Below are positions 26,304-35,961 of a DNA stretch of 64,000 bases, piece after piece. Within the stretch, counting starts at the first letter, position 1. Each line of letters begins with the position of its first letter. Origin of the DNA: a virus. The notes beneath the pieces were generated by a model, which saw nothing but the letters and a program-made list of their open reading frames with translations, searched no databases and was not told where the DNA came from. The DNA lies in IMG/VR virus record IMGVR_UViG_3300020056_002227, positions 32,001 through 96,000 of that record. The stretch is one strand, 5' to 3'. The translations under genes and the position numbers were made by a program.

Positions 26304-28844
26304 ATGACTTCTTTCTATACATCCGTTGAAAGATTTGGCAACAACATCTTATGGCGCGGATATGAAAATGGCAAGCGCTTTTCGTACCGTGTTCCATTTC
26401 GACCAACTCTCTATCTACACACACCTAAGAAGGGTGGTGATTACAGGTCTCTCGTCGGCAACAAACCTCTGAATCCACACAAGTTTGGAGACATGCGAGA
26501 GGCTAAAGAATTTATCGAAACGTACAAAGATGTTGGTAATATGCAAATCTATGGCACTACCAACTATACTGCTCAATTCATTCAAGAAAACTATCCAGGC
26601 TCAATTGAGTTCGATATTAACCAGATCAATGTTGCATCATTCGATATTGAGGTTGATATTCGTGATGGCTATGCTGATATCGAACAAGCCGATAAAGAGG
26701 TAACATCGATCGCATATCACAGTTCTAGGAGTTCGAAATATACACTCCTTGCTGTAAAAGACTTTGACAAATATGCAACGATTACTGGTATCGATCCAGA
26801 TGATATCGACTTCATCAAATTCGATAACGAACTTCAATTGCTTCGACACTTCGTAGAACTCTGGTCATCTGATTACCCAGATGTTGTCACTGGCTGGAAC
26901 GTGGAATACTTTGATATCCAGTACGTTGTGACCAGAATCATTCGACTGTGTGGTGAAGATTTTGCCAAAAGACTCTCACCTTGGAAACACATTCAAAAGA
27001 AATCACACGAGGTGTTCAACAAAGTTCAATCGACGTATAAGATCTCTGGCATGACTGTCATTGATTACATGGACGCGTTCAAGAAATTCGGTTACAAATA
27101 TGGTACCCAAGAATCTTATAAACTCGACCACATTGCCTATACGGTACTCGGCAAGAAGAAACTTGACTATTCTGAATACGGTAACCTCACGGCTCTCTAC
27201 GATGAGAACCCTCAGCTGTATCTTGACTACAATCTTCGTGATACCCAATTGATCTCTGCTCTTGAAGAAGAAACCAGTCTTCTGGCTTTGGTTATGACCG
27301 TTGCATATGGTGGTGGGGTAGATTATAAAGACGCATTTGGTACCGTGGGTATCTGGGAGACAACGATCTATCGCAGATTGATGTCTGACAAAATCGTGCC
27401 ACCTCTCAAGGGTGGCCCTGGTGATCACTTAGATGGTCTCGTCGGTGGTTATGTAAAAGACCCAGTGCCTGGCATGCACCCATGGGTCGTATCGTTCGAT
27501 TTGAACTCTCTGTATCCACACCTTATGTTACAGTATAATATGTCACCTGAGACATGGGTCAGCGACAGGCGGGAATATGTGACACAAGAAATGGTTCTGA
27601 ATGGAGAATTCCAAAATGATGACCCGTCTGTGTCTGTCTGTGCTAATGGAGTGTGTTTCAGTAATGAAACGGTTGGCATGATCCCCGGTATCATTGATGA
27701 ATACTATAATCGTCGATCTCTGGTCAAGAAACAGATGCTTGCGGTAGAACAGCAACTCGAGGTGGAGACCGATGAGAGAGAAAGAAAGAAACTCAAACGA
27801 GAGGTGAATCAACTCCACAACTCACAAATGTCGATTAAGATTGCCATGAACAGCCTTTATGGTGCTACTGCTAACAGATACTTTCTATACTATATTTCTG
27901 AAATGGCAGAGGCAATCACCACATCTGGTCAGTTGTCTATTCGATATGCTCAGAAATCAGTCAACCAATACATGAATAAGATTCTGGGTACCGAAGACAA
28001 GGACTACATTATCTACATCGACACTGATTCGATCTATGTGAACTTTGCTGATCTGATTCAAGAGGTCTATGGTACCACCGATATCGACCGAAAACAAGGT
28101 GAGGAATTCCTTGATAAGGTGTGCTCCACCAAAATCGAACAGGTGATCGAGCAAGGATACGAGGAACTCAGATCAAAGATGACCGGATATCGTAACGCAA
28201 TGGTGATGAAACGAGAAAAGATTTCAGACCGTGCAATCTTCGTTGCTAAGAAACGGTACATTCTCAATGTGCTCAACTCTGAAGGTGTTCATTACGAGAA
28301 GCCAAAAATCAGTGTGACTGGTCTTGAATCGGTTCGATCTTCTACTCCAGAAATCTGTCGAGAGAAAATGAAACAGACGTTTGATGTGATTATGAATGGT
28401 ACCGAATCTGATACTCAGAAATTCATCAAAGACTTCAAAGATGAATTCCAATCGGCACCCATCGAAGATATTGCAAAGACTTCTGGTACTGACGATATCG
28501 AAAAATACAAAGACCGTACCACCCTATTCCGTAAGGGTACCCCGATTCACGTTCGTGGCTCTATACTATATAATCATCATCTGGCACAGAAAAAACTAAA
28601 TAAGAAGTATGAGTCAATTCAGTCTGGTGATAAGGTAAAACTGATCTATCTCAAGGTCCCCAATCCTATTCAGCAGAATGTGATCAGTTTCCCAGGCGTC
28701 TTGCCGAAGGAAATGGAGTTGACTAAATACATCGACTATGATACTCAATTCGATAAAGTTTTTCTGACACCGATCCAAGGTATCCTAGATGCACTTGGTT
28801 GGTCTGCTGAGAAGATTGATACCCTTGAAGATTTTTTTGGTTGA
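26304..28844 (+). CDS. 43: Family B DNA polymerase gp43
   Basis: FDIE, GWNVEYFD, DLNSLYP, KIAMNSLYG, YIDTDS, KKRY, C-terminal clamp-binding TLEDFF. Confidence 0.97.
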   Translation: MTSFYTSVERFGNNILWRGYENGKRFSYRVPFRPTLYLHTPKKGGDYRSLVGNKPLNPHKFGDMREAKEFIETYKDVGNMQIYGTTNYTAQFIQENYPGSIEFDINQINVASFDIEVDIRDGYADIEQADKEVTSIAYHSSRSSKYTLLAVKDFDKYATITGIDPDDIDFIKFDNELQLLRHFVELWSSDYPDVVTGWNVEYFDIQYVVTRIIRLCGEDFAKRLSPWKHIQKKSHEVFNKVQSTYKISGMTVIDYMDAFKKFGYKYGTQESYKLDHIAYTVLGKKKLDYSEYGNLTALYDENPQLYLDYNLRDTQLISALEEETSLLALVMTVAYGGGVDYKDAFGTVGIWETTIYRRLMSDKIVPPLKGGPGDHLDGLVGGYVKDPVPGMHPWVVSFDLNSLYPHLMLQYNMSPETWVSDRREYVTQEMVLNGEFQNDDPSVSVCANGVCFSNETVGMIPGIIDEYYNRRSLVKKQMLAVEQQLEVETDERERKKLKREVNQLHNSQMSIKIAMNSLYGATANRYFLYYISEMAEAITTSGQLSIRYAQKSVNQYMNKILGTEDKDYIIYIDTDSIYVNFADLIQEVYGTTDIDRKQGEEFLDKVCSTKIEQVIEQGYEELRSKMTGYRNAMVMKREKISDRAIFVAKKRYILNVLNSEGVHYEKPKISVTGLESVRSSTPEICREKMKQTFDVIMNGTESDTQKFIKDFKDEFQSAPIEDIAKTSGTDDIEKYKDRTTLFRKGTPIHVRGSILYNHHLAQKKLNKKYESIQSGDKVKLIYLKVPNPIQQNVISFPGVLPKEMELTKYIDYDTQFDKVFLTPIQGILDALGWSAEKIDTLEDFFG

Positions 28845-28869
28845 CAATCAAAACATTTTGTGTTATAAT
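28841..28869 (+). promoter_or_regulatory. sigma70-type promoter for the glycosyltransferase cluster
   Basis: TTGACA-17 bp-TATAAT. Confidence 0.85.
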
Positions 28870-28894
28870 AGACGAGATATATTAGAGGTACTGC

Positions 28895-29212
28895 ATGAAC
28901 AGTAGTTTAAAAGAATACACCAAAGACACATCGGTCGAGTATGATGACATGCTCGACTATGTCGCAGATGAAAACATCACCGATACACTGTCTGAATTTC
29001 TTGGGGAAGAACAAGAATACAAGCCAACCGTATCACGAGGCAAGGCAGATCCCAATTTTCCAGAATCGTGGCAGACGTTGTATGTGAATTTCGAAACCGA
29101 ACAAGATTATATTGATTTCATGTTGGCAATTGATGAGAAGCCCATGCCCAGATTGAAATCAGTTGTATACAAAGGTGGCCGACAAGATAATGGCATCTTG
29201 GACTTATTTTAG
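28895..29212 (+). CDS. Small acidic protein, apparent paralog of the next gene's N-terminal domain
   Basis: VNFETEQDYIDF...KSVVY vs IHFKTQEDRQHF...NYVYY; ends GILDLF. Confidence 0.7.
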   Translation: MNSSLKEYTKDTSVEYDDMLDYVADENITDTLSEFLGEEQEYKPTVSRGKADPNFPESWQTLYVNFETEQDYIDFMLAIDEKPMPRLKSVVYKGGRQDNGILDLF

Positions 29213-29220
29213 GAGTTATT

Positions 29221-30447
29221 ATGTATCAACCTGCTCAGACACATGAAGAATTGCAACACGAATGGAAAAATCAGTACATACAATGGTATGCTGCTGGGAT
29301 GCCCTCTTTCCAAGCTCCGAAGAAAGAAATTTTCAAACGGCTACCCATTCACTTCAAGACGCAAGAAGATCGTCAACACTTCAGTGATCGGCTGGGATAC
29401 AATCTAACAAAGAAAACCAATTACGTCTATTACCCAGAAAAGGGCCGTGAAGCAAATCGAATGAACCGTTACGAAGAAGAAGATAACGGTCTGCTTCCTC
29501 GGTACCCGATCTATATTATCAGTAAGGGTCGATGGGATACGCGACACACTGCAAAGTCGCTAGAAGAATTGGGTATCCCTTATTTCATTGCGGTAGAACC
29601 TCAAGAGTATGACAAATACGTAGAGGCAACACCACCGGGTCTTGGAACGGTATTGAAATTGCCGTTTTCTAATCATGGTAAGGGATCTGGGCCTGCACGT
29701 AATTGGTGCTGGGAACATTCACAGGCAAACGGTTTTGAAAGACATTGGTTGATGGACGACAATATCGAGCGCTTCATTCGACTACATAATAACAAACGAT
29801 ATCGTGTTGCTAAGGGTGCGGCTATCTTCCGTGCTACCGAAGATTTTGTAGACCGATATGAAAACATCGCACTTGCTTCTTTTCAATACAAGGCGTTTGT
29901 GGTAGAGGGTTGTCCGTATCAACCGTTCATTCTCAATACACGAATGATGTCCTGTATTTTGATTGACAATAACTGTCCTCACAAGTGGAGAGGCAAATTT
30001 AATGAAGACGTTGATCTCAGTATTCGTGTTCTCAAAGAAGGGCTTTGTACTGTTTTGATGTATGCTTTTGTTCAAGGTAAACTCCGAACCGGTACGGTCA
30101 AGGGTGGAAACACGACTGAGGTGTATGAAGACTATCAGGTAGATGATGAAAACGATCCAGCGTATAATAAATCTAGGATGCTAAAAGAAATGCACCCAGA
30201 TTGTGTTACACTGGCAGAAAGATATGGTAGGGTTCATCATCACGTAGATCTTGATGCAATCAAAAACAAAGATGGGTATCCTGCACGACAAAATGCTTTG
30301 ATATTAAAGAAAGATGTACCCATTATTAATAAGGTAGATAACTACGGAATGAGATTGATGCGCAATTGGGGTACTGATGAACAATACCCAGACCCCAGTT
30401 TTGAGATCGATGAATTCCCTGCTGGGAGGCCTTCAGTTCATGGCTAA
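29221..30447 (+). CDS. GREB1/TET-associated (TAGT)-type glycosyltransferase with N-terminal accessory domain
   Basis: YPIYIISKGR, ARNWCW, HWLMDDNI, NEDVDLSIRVLK, KGGNT. Confidence 0.75.
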   Translation: MYQPAQTHEELQHEWKNQYIQWYAAGMPSFQAPKKEIFKRLPIHFKTQEDRQHFSDRLGYNLTKKTNYVYYPEKGREANRMNRYEEEDNGLLPRYPIYIISKGRWDTRHTAKSLEELGIPYFIAVEPQEYDKYVEATPPGLGTVLKLPFSNHGKGSGPARNWCWEHSQANGFERHWLMDDNIERFIRLHNNKRYRVAKGAAIFRATEDFVDRYENIALASFQYKAFVVEGCPYQPFILNTRMMSCILIDNNCPHKWRGKFNEDVDLSIRVLKEGLCTVLMYAFVQGKLRTGTVKGGNTTEVYEDYQVDDENDPAYNKSRMLKEMHPDCVTLAERYGRVHHHVDLDAIKNKDGYPARQNALILKKDVPIINKVDNYGMRLMRNWGTDEQYPDPSFEIDEFPAGRPSVHG

Positions 30448-31285
30448 AATATTAATTACTGGTGGTGCTGGCTTTGTCGGTTCACATCTTGCAGAAAGAC
30501 TGGTCGCAGATGGCCATGAAGTTATCTCTTATGATAACTACTTTACCGGATCGAAAGATAATCATGTTGACGGTGTTACCTATATTGAAGGTTGTACGAC
30601 ACTACTGACACCGAATCATTTCTTTGATCTGGATCTTGTATATCATCTGGGTGAATACTCTCGTGTAGAGCAATCATTCGAAGATATTGAACGTGTACAC
30701 AAATACAATATCGAAGGTACCACTCGGGTCTTAGAATGTGTTCGTGAATGGGGCTGTAAGATTATTTACTCTGGTTCTTCCACTAAATTTGCTGACCGTA
30801 ATGACAAAGATTATGTGATGAGCCCCTATGCCTGGTCTAAGGCAAAGAATACCGAATTGGTTAAGATGTATGCTGAATGGTTCGGTATCGATTATGCTAT
30901 CACCTATTTTTATAATGTATATGGCCCGAGAGAAATCGCAGACGGCAAGTATGCTACATTAATTGCTAAATACTCTAAATTGATGGAACTTTCTGGTGTA
31001 TTACCGGTTGTATCACCTGGTACTCAACAAAGAAACTTCACACACATCGACGATATTGTAGATGCTCTGGTTCTGATTGGAGAAAATGGTCATGGTGATG
31101 AATATGGTATCGGTCACCCAGAGAGATTTACTGTATTAGATGTTGCAGAAATGTTCGGTGGTGAGATTGATATGTTGCCTCCCCGGCCAGGAAATCGAAT
31201 GGCAGCAGATGTAATCACCGATAATACACGAGCACTTGGCTGGGAACCAAAAAGAAATCTAGTAGATTATATTACTAATATGTAA
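30440..31285 (+). CDS. NAD-dependent nucleotide-sugar epimerase/dehydratase
   Basis: LITGGAGFVGSHL, SPYAWSK (YxxxK), FYNVYGP, RNFTHIDD. Confidence 0.92.
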   Translation: MAKILITGGAGFVGSHLAERLVADGHEVISYDNYFTGSKDNHVDGVTYIEGCTTLLTPNHFFDLDLVYHLGEYSRVEQSFEDIERVHKYNIEGTTRVLECVREWGCKIIYSGSSTKFADRNDKDYVMSPYAWSKAKNTELVKMYAEWFGIDYAITYFYNVYGPREIADGKYATLIAKYSKLMELSGVLPVVSPGTQQRNFTHIDDIVDALVLIGENGHGDEYGIGHPERFTVLDVAEMFGGEIDMLPPRPGNRMAADVITDNTRALGWEPKRNLVDYITNM

Positions 31286-31300
31286 TCAAGGACTAATATT

Positions 31301-32218
31301 ATGATTCAAGTTGAAAACTACATTGAGACCAAACCGTCTTTATTTGCCTTTGTAGAAGATGTTGAACCAGAATCGACGTTCAATGTTGCCGATCTGGTGA
31401 GAGATTTGATTGCTGATTATTCGAATCAAACTGTTCAAAAATATACCGTCTATATTCCATCAAAGGGCAGGTCAGATCAACACACCACTTATGATATCTG
31501 CAAGGAAGAAAATATTCCTTGTAAGGTTGTAGTGGAACCTCAAGATTTTGAGCAATATGCACAGAATATTGAAACAGACGATATTTTGGTTTTAGATAAA
31601 AATGACCAGGGTGTTCAATATGCCCGTACATGGATTAAAAGATATTCGATTCAAGCCAATGAAGAGTATCACTGGCAATTCGATGACGATATGAGATCAT
31701 TTACCATGAGGGTTGATAATAAGAACAAGAAGGTAAGTGTAAGACACGCAATCTCAATCATCGAACAAGTGGCAACCCTTTTCGAAAACTTTGCGGTTGG
31801 TGGTATGACCTCAAGTGCATTTGCTTTTTCTAAGCCAGCACCTGTAAAGACCAATCAACTGGGATACGGTTGTACCTTTATCAATAATGGCTTTGACCAA
31901 GAATGGAGAGATAAGACTGTAGAGGATTGGGATTATACCTTACGTGCATTAGAAGCCGGAATGTGTACCCTGTCATTTTCTCATATCAATTTTCAAACTC
32001 CCTCGTCTGGTACGAACAAGGGTGGCAACAATCTTACCGATTGGGCTACCATGGAAAAGAGAAAAGAATTCTATGATTACTTTGCCTCACTCTGGCCGGA
32101 CAATTTTAGGGTCGTTGAGATAACAACCGAGAGTTCACGTAAGGGTTACAAGTTGGAACACAAGAGGCGCTTTTTCAATGACTACAAAAACCTAAAATTA
32201 AAATTAAAAACCTCTTGA
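31301..32218 (+). CDS. Second GREB1/TAGT-type glycosyltransferase
   Basis: VYIPSKGR, YARTWI, HWQFDDDM, VEDWDYTLR, KGGN. Confidence 0.72.
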   Translation: MIQVENYIETKPSLFAFVEDVEPESTFNVADLVRDLIADYSNQTVQKYTVYIPSKGRSDQHTTYDICKEENIPCKVVVEPQDFEQYAQNIETDDILVLDKNDQGVQYARTWIKRYSIQANEEYHWQFDDDMRSFTMRVDNKNKKVSVRHAISIIEQVATLFENFAVGGMTSSAFAFSKPAPVKTNQLGYGCTFINNGFDQEWRDKTVEDWDYTLRALEAGMCTLSFSHINFQTPSSGTNKGGNNLTDWATMEKRKEFYDYFASLWPDNFRVVEITTESSRKGYKLEHKRRFFNDYKNLKLKLKTS

Positions 32219-32243
32219 CAAATAACACGAGGTGTATTATAAT
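32215..32243 (+). promoter_or_regulatory. sigma70-type promoter
   Basis: TTGACA-17 bp-TATAAT. Confidence 0.85.
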
Positions 32244-32270
32244 GAACACTTACCTTAAAAGGATATCTCT

Positions 32271-32885
32271 ATGAAGCACTGCATCATTGACTTTGAGACC
32301 ATGGGCGTAGATGCAGGTAACTGTGTAGTTATCGACATGTCAGCATTTGTATTTGACTGGGATAGATTCACCTCAGCAAAGCCCTATGGTTTCGAAGACG
32401 TTGCTGATGTTAGAAAATTCAAGTTTGATGTGAAAGAGCAGGTTACTAAATATAATTTTACAATCGACCCAGATACCGTAAAATTCTGGGAGAGTCAACC
32501 TTCAGACGTTCGAAAGAATATTGCTCCGAAGAAAACAGACATAAGTATTGAACAGTTTACCGACGACTTCGTAGATTTCCTCATTCCGCATGGAAAGATT
32601 TCTTATTGGTGGTCACGATCTAATACTTTCGACCCTGTTATTTTGTGGCGCTTATATAATGCTGTAGGTAAAAACAAGAAGATTCATGAGTATCTACCTC
32701 ATTGGACTCTCCGTGATACGAGATCGTGGATAGATGCAAAATTAGATTTCCCAAAAAAGAATGGGTTCTGTCCAATTGAGGACGAACAATTGTGGGAATC
32801 AACATTCAAGCATCATGATAGTGCTTGGGATGTATTGGCAGATGTAATGAGATTACAGCGCATTGATCGTGCCGAAAAACTTTGA
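32271..32885 (+). CDS. dexA: DexA-like DEDD 3'-5' exonuclease
   Basis: IIDFETMG, WSRSNTFD, RDTRS, HDSAWD. Confidence 0.85.
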   Translation: MKHCIIDFETMGVDAGNCVVIDMSAFVFDWDRFTSAKPYGFEDVADVRKFKFDVKEQVTKYNFTIDPDTVKFWESQPSDVRKNIAPKKTDISIEQFTDDFVDFLIPHGKISYWWSRSNTFDPVILWRLYNAVGKNKKIHEYLPHWTLRDTRSWIDAKLDFPKKNGFCPIEDEQLWESTFKHHDSAWDVLADVMRLQRIDRAEKL

Positions 32886-33808
32886 CTATATACACTATGG
32901 AGAAAAAAATGTTCACACAGGCATCAATCGCTAAAGTAGATATGCCCCCAAACGGGATCAAATTAGATATGGACAATAATAAATTAGGGCTCGGTATTGT
33001 AGGTAAAGGCTTCGTTGGTGGGGCTGTTTCTGCTGGATTTGATACCAAGAATGTTAGACAACACGTGGTAGATCCCAGGCATTCGACACTGTCGCTTGAA
33101 GACCTGGCTGATATCAACCCAGATATTATCTTTATCTGTCTACCCACTCCCTGTCAGCTGAATGGTAAGGTAGATGCATCTCTGATTGCTAATACTCTAC
33201 ACAAATTTAACAGTGAGAAATATGAGGGTATTGTCGTTATCAAGAGTACCGTGGCTGCATCTGTACTAGATGCCTTTGTGAAGACATATGAAAATTTGAA
33301 TATCGTTTATAATCCAGAATTCTTGACCGAGGCAAATGCTAACGACGATTTCATTAACCCACCCTTTCAGATCTTTGGTGGTGAATGGGATCTATGTACA
33401 AAGGTCGAGCAGATGTACATTCAATACAGCAAGGTCAAGCCCGTACCGTCATTTAAGATGGATATCAAGGCTGCAAGTTTTCTTAAGTATACCGTCAACA
33501 GTTGGTTGGCAACCAAGGTCACTTTCTTCAATGAACTGAGACTCCTTTACGATACATATAATATGGAAACATCGTGGGAAGAGTTTGTTGGTGTTTTGGC
33601 ACACGAACCACGGATTGGTGCATCACATATGAATGTACCTGGCCCCGATGGTCAATACGGTTTCGGTGGGAATTGTTTCCCGAAAGATACCAAAGCCTTT
33701 GTAGAAGAATCCCGAAATTCTTCTATGCTGTCATTACTGGCAACGGCAATCGAACTAAATAATTCAATGAGAAACAGCGTGAAACTAGAAGAGGTAAAAA
33801 ATGGCTGA
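32882..33808 (+). CDS. UDP-glucose/GDP-mannose dehydrogenase family (short form lacking the C-terminal domain)
   Basis: GIVGKGFVG, ICLPTP, IKSTV, NPEFL, GFGGNCFPKD catalytic Cys. Confidence 0.9.
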   Translation: MTIYTMEKKMFTQASIAKVDMPPNGIKLDMDNNKLGLGIVGKGFVGGAVSAGFDTKNVRQHVVDPRHSTLSLEDLADINPDIIFICLPTPCQLNGKVDASLIANTLHKFNSEKYEGIVVIKSTVAASVLDAFVKTYENLNIVYNPEFLTEANANDDFINPPFQIFGGEWDLCTKVEQMYIQYSKVKPVPSFKMDIKAASFLKYTVNSWLATKVTFFNELRLLYDTYNMETSWEEFVGVLAHEPRIGASHMNVPGPDGQYGFGGNCFPKDTKAFVEESRNSSMLSLLATAIELNNSMRNSVKLEEVKNG

Positions 33809-34013
33809 AAACAATTTGAAGCGTGAACTACTCGAAGCACTGAAAATGGGTTTCGAATCGAACATCCAACGGCATAAAGTAAATATTCAGGTGTTACTAA
33901 ATAATGCTGTTGGTGTTGCAGAGCACCCTGACGTTATGGAAACCGTCGAAGGTGAACTGTCGAAAATGGCTGAGTATGAAGATAAACTTGAAATGCTCCA
34001 AAAATACTTCTAA
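33801..34013 (+). CDS. Conserved hypothetical protein
   Basis: NAVGVAEHPDVMETVE...YEDKLE. Confidence 0.7.
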   Translation: MAENNLKRELLEALKMGFESNIQRHKVNIQVLLNNAVGVAEHPDVMETVEGELSKMAEYEDKLEMLQKYF

Positions 34014-34028
34014 TCGGAATTTTTTATT

Positions 34029-34892
34029 ATGGACCTAAAAATCAGTACCGAAGATCTTAGAAAGTACAGTCTCTTTGTAGGTACACCCATGTATGGTGGT
34101 CAGTGTTCTGGTTTGTTCACTAAGGCATGTACAGACCTTTCCTTGGTTTGTGGTGCACACGGAATCCCACTTAAATTCTATTATCTTTTTAATGAGAGTT
34201 TGGTACAAAGAGCTCGTAACTATGTCGTAGATGAATTTCTTCGGTCTGATTGCACTCACCTTCTTTTCATTGATTCCGATATTGGGTTTCAGGCAAGAGA
34301 CGTTCTTGCACTTCTAGGGATTCAAACCTCTGACCCCGAAAAATATAATATCGTGACTGGCCCTTACCCCAAGAAAACAATTGCTTGGGAAAAAGTGTCG
34401 AAGGCAGCTGCAGAGGGTTTTGGCAAAGATGATCCTTTTCAACTGAATCAGTTCACTGCTGATTACGCATTCAATCCTGTTAAGGGTCAAACGAATCTTA
34501 AACTATCGGAGCCCATCGAAGTGGCAGAAGCAGGAACTGGATTCATGCTTATCCCTCGGGAAGTCTTAGAGAAATATAAAGAGGCTTATCCTGAACTCTC
34601 TTATAAGCCCGATCATGTTCGAACAGATAACTTTGATGGTAGCAGAGAGATCACAGCATTCTTTGATTGTGTGATTGACCCCGAAACCAAACGATATCTG
34701 TCTGAAGATTATTTCTTTTGTAAACAGGCCCGAGCTATTGGAATCTCTGTATGGATGTGTCCTTGGATGCAACTGAATCATGTAGGTTCTTATATCTTTA
34801 CTGGTAATATGGCTGCAATTAGTCGTATCGGTGCATCTGCTACGGCAGATAAAACGGCCAGTAGAAAAAACTACAAAAAGAAGAAAAAGTGA
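34029..34892 (+). CDS. GT-A fold glycosyltransferase-like protein, common in marine T4-likes
   Basis: GTPMYGG, ESLVQRARN, LFIDSDI (DxD), GTGFMLI, SEDYFFC, LNHVG. Confidence 0.75.
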   Translation: MDLKISTEDLRKYSLFVGTPMYGGQCSGLFTKACTDLSLVCGAHGIPLKFYYLFNESLVQRARNYVVDEFLRSDCTHLLFIDSDIGFQARDVLALLGIQTSDPEKYNIVTGPYPKKTIAWEKVSKAAAEGFGKDDPFQLNQFTADYAFNPVKGQTNLKLSEPIEVAEAGTGFMLIPREVLEKYKEAYPELSYKPDHVRTDNFDGSREITAFFDCVIDPETKRYLSEDYFFCKQARAIGISVWMCPWMQLNHVGSYIFTGNMAAISRIGASATADKTASRKNYKKKKK

Positions 34893-34921
34893 TTGACATT
34901 TAACCCAACTTGTTATATAAT
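34893..34921 (+). promoter_or_regulatory. sigma70-type promoter for 45-44-62
   Basis: TTGACA-17 bp-TATAAT. Confidence 0.85.
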
Positions 34922-34954
34922 GACACCTAAATTTGAAATGGAGAAATCTATATT

Positions 34955-35617
34955 ATGAAATTTTCTGAACGTACACTAACCATTCTCAAGAGCTTTGCAG
35001 GAATTAACAAATCCATTCTCATGCGAGAAGGGAGTGTTCTTAAGACAATTACACCTGAAAAGACTCTCATTGCGATCGCTAATATCCCTGATGAGATCCC
35101 GTCAGAAGCATGTATCTATGATATGTCTCGTTTTCTGTCAATTTTATCGCTTTACGAGGATCCCGATGTTGAGTTTAATGATAAATACTTCATTATCTCA
35201 GAGGGTCGGCGTCGTACCAAGTACATCTACGCTGACATTTCAATGATTCATACTCCGCCTGAGAAAGAGATTTCGATCCCTTCCGAAGACGTTGTTGTTG
35301 ATGTGAAATGGGATGATTTACAGTCCGTACTGAAGGCTGCTGGCGTCCTTCAGTTTAGTGAGGTTGCATTTGTTGGCGAAAGCGGCAAGTGTTATCTCAA
35401 GGCAATCGACAGTTCTACCGAAAATGCTGACGACTTTGATGTTGAAATCGGAGACACTGACGATACGTTTAAGATTATCATTAAAACCGATAACCTTAAA
35501 CTGCTACCTCAAGACTATCGGGTTACGCTTTGCAGCAAAGGTATCTCAGAGTTTCGAGGCAAGGATGTCACGTACTTCGTGGCAATTGATTCTAAGTCGA
35601 CTTATAACAAAGGATGA
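34955..35617 (+). CDS. 45: Sliding clamp gp45
   Basis: MKFSERTLTILKSFAGINKSI...IYDMSRFLSILS. Confidence 0.93.
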   Translation: MKFSERTLTILKSFAGINKSILMREGSVLKTITPEKTLIAIANIPDEIPSEACIYDMSRFLSILSLYEDPDVEFNDKYFIISEGRRRTKYIYADISMIHTPPEKEISIPSEDVVVDVKWDDLQSVLKAAGVLQFSEVAFVGESGKCYLKAIDSSTENADDFDVEIGDTDDTFKIIIKTDNLKLLPQDYRVTLCSKGISEFRGKDVTYFVAIDSKSTYNKG

Positions 35618-35883
35618 AAATTATGAATGAGCAACAAGAACAGGTCACTATCCAATTGGGTGATATTGCAACTCTGGTACAGGTTATCGATGTTGTATCT
35701 CAACGTGGTGGCTTCCAAGGCCAAGAATTGGCAGGAGTAGGAATGCTACGTAACAAGCTCGAGATGTTTGTTCGTCAGAACAGCCCCGAGCAGGACGGTG
35801 AGGCTATGAAAGAAGCTGGTGCCGCTCCGGTCGATGTGGACGTTCCACCCGAAGGTCCGCTCGCAGACAAAGTGGTTGGCTAA
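35614..35883 (+). CDS. Hypothetical protein
   Basis: IDVVSQRGGFQGQELAGVG. Confidence 0.7.
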   Translation: MKIMNEQQEQVTIQLGDIATLVQVIDVVSQRGGFQGQELAGVGMLRNKLEMFVRQNSPEQDGEAMKEAGAAPVDVDVPPEGPLADKVVG

Positions 35884-35897
35884 CAATCACTTCTTAT

Positions 35898-35928
35898 AGA
35901 GGGATCTACGGGTCCCTCTTTTCTTTTT
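35898..35928 (+). terminator. Rho-independent terminator
   Basis: AGAGGGATC-TACG-GGTCCCTCT followed by a T-rich tract. Confidence 0.85.
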
Positions 35929-35961
35929 TATTATGTTTTTATTTGATGAAGGTTTTATATT

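Noticed and set aside
26304-28844. Inteins or group I introns in gp43 (also checked gp41, UvsW, gp46)
   Set aside because: Lengths are normal and the conserved motifs are contiguous
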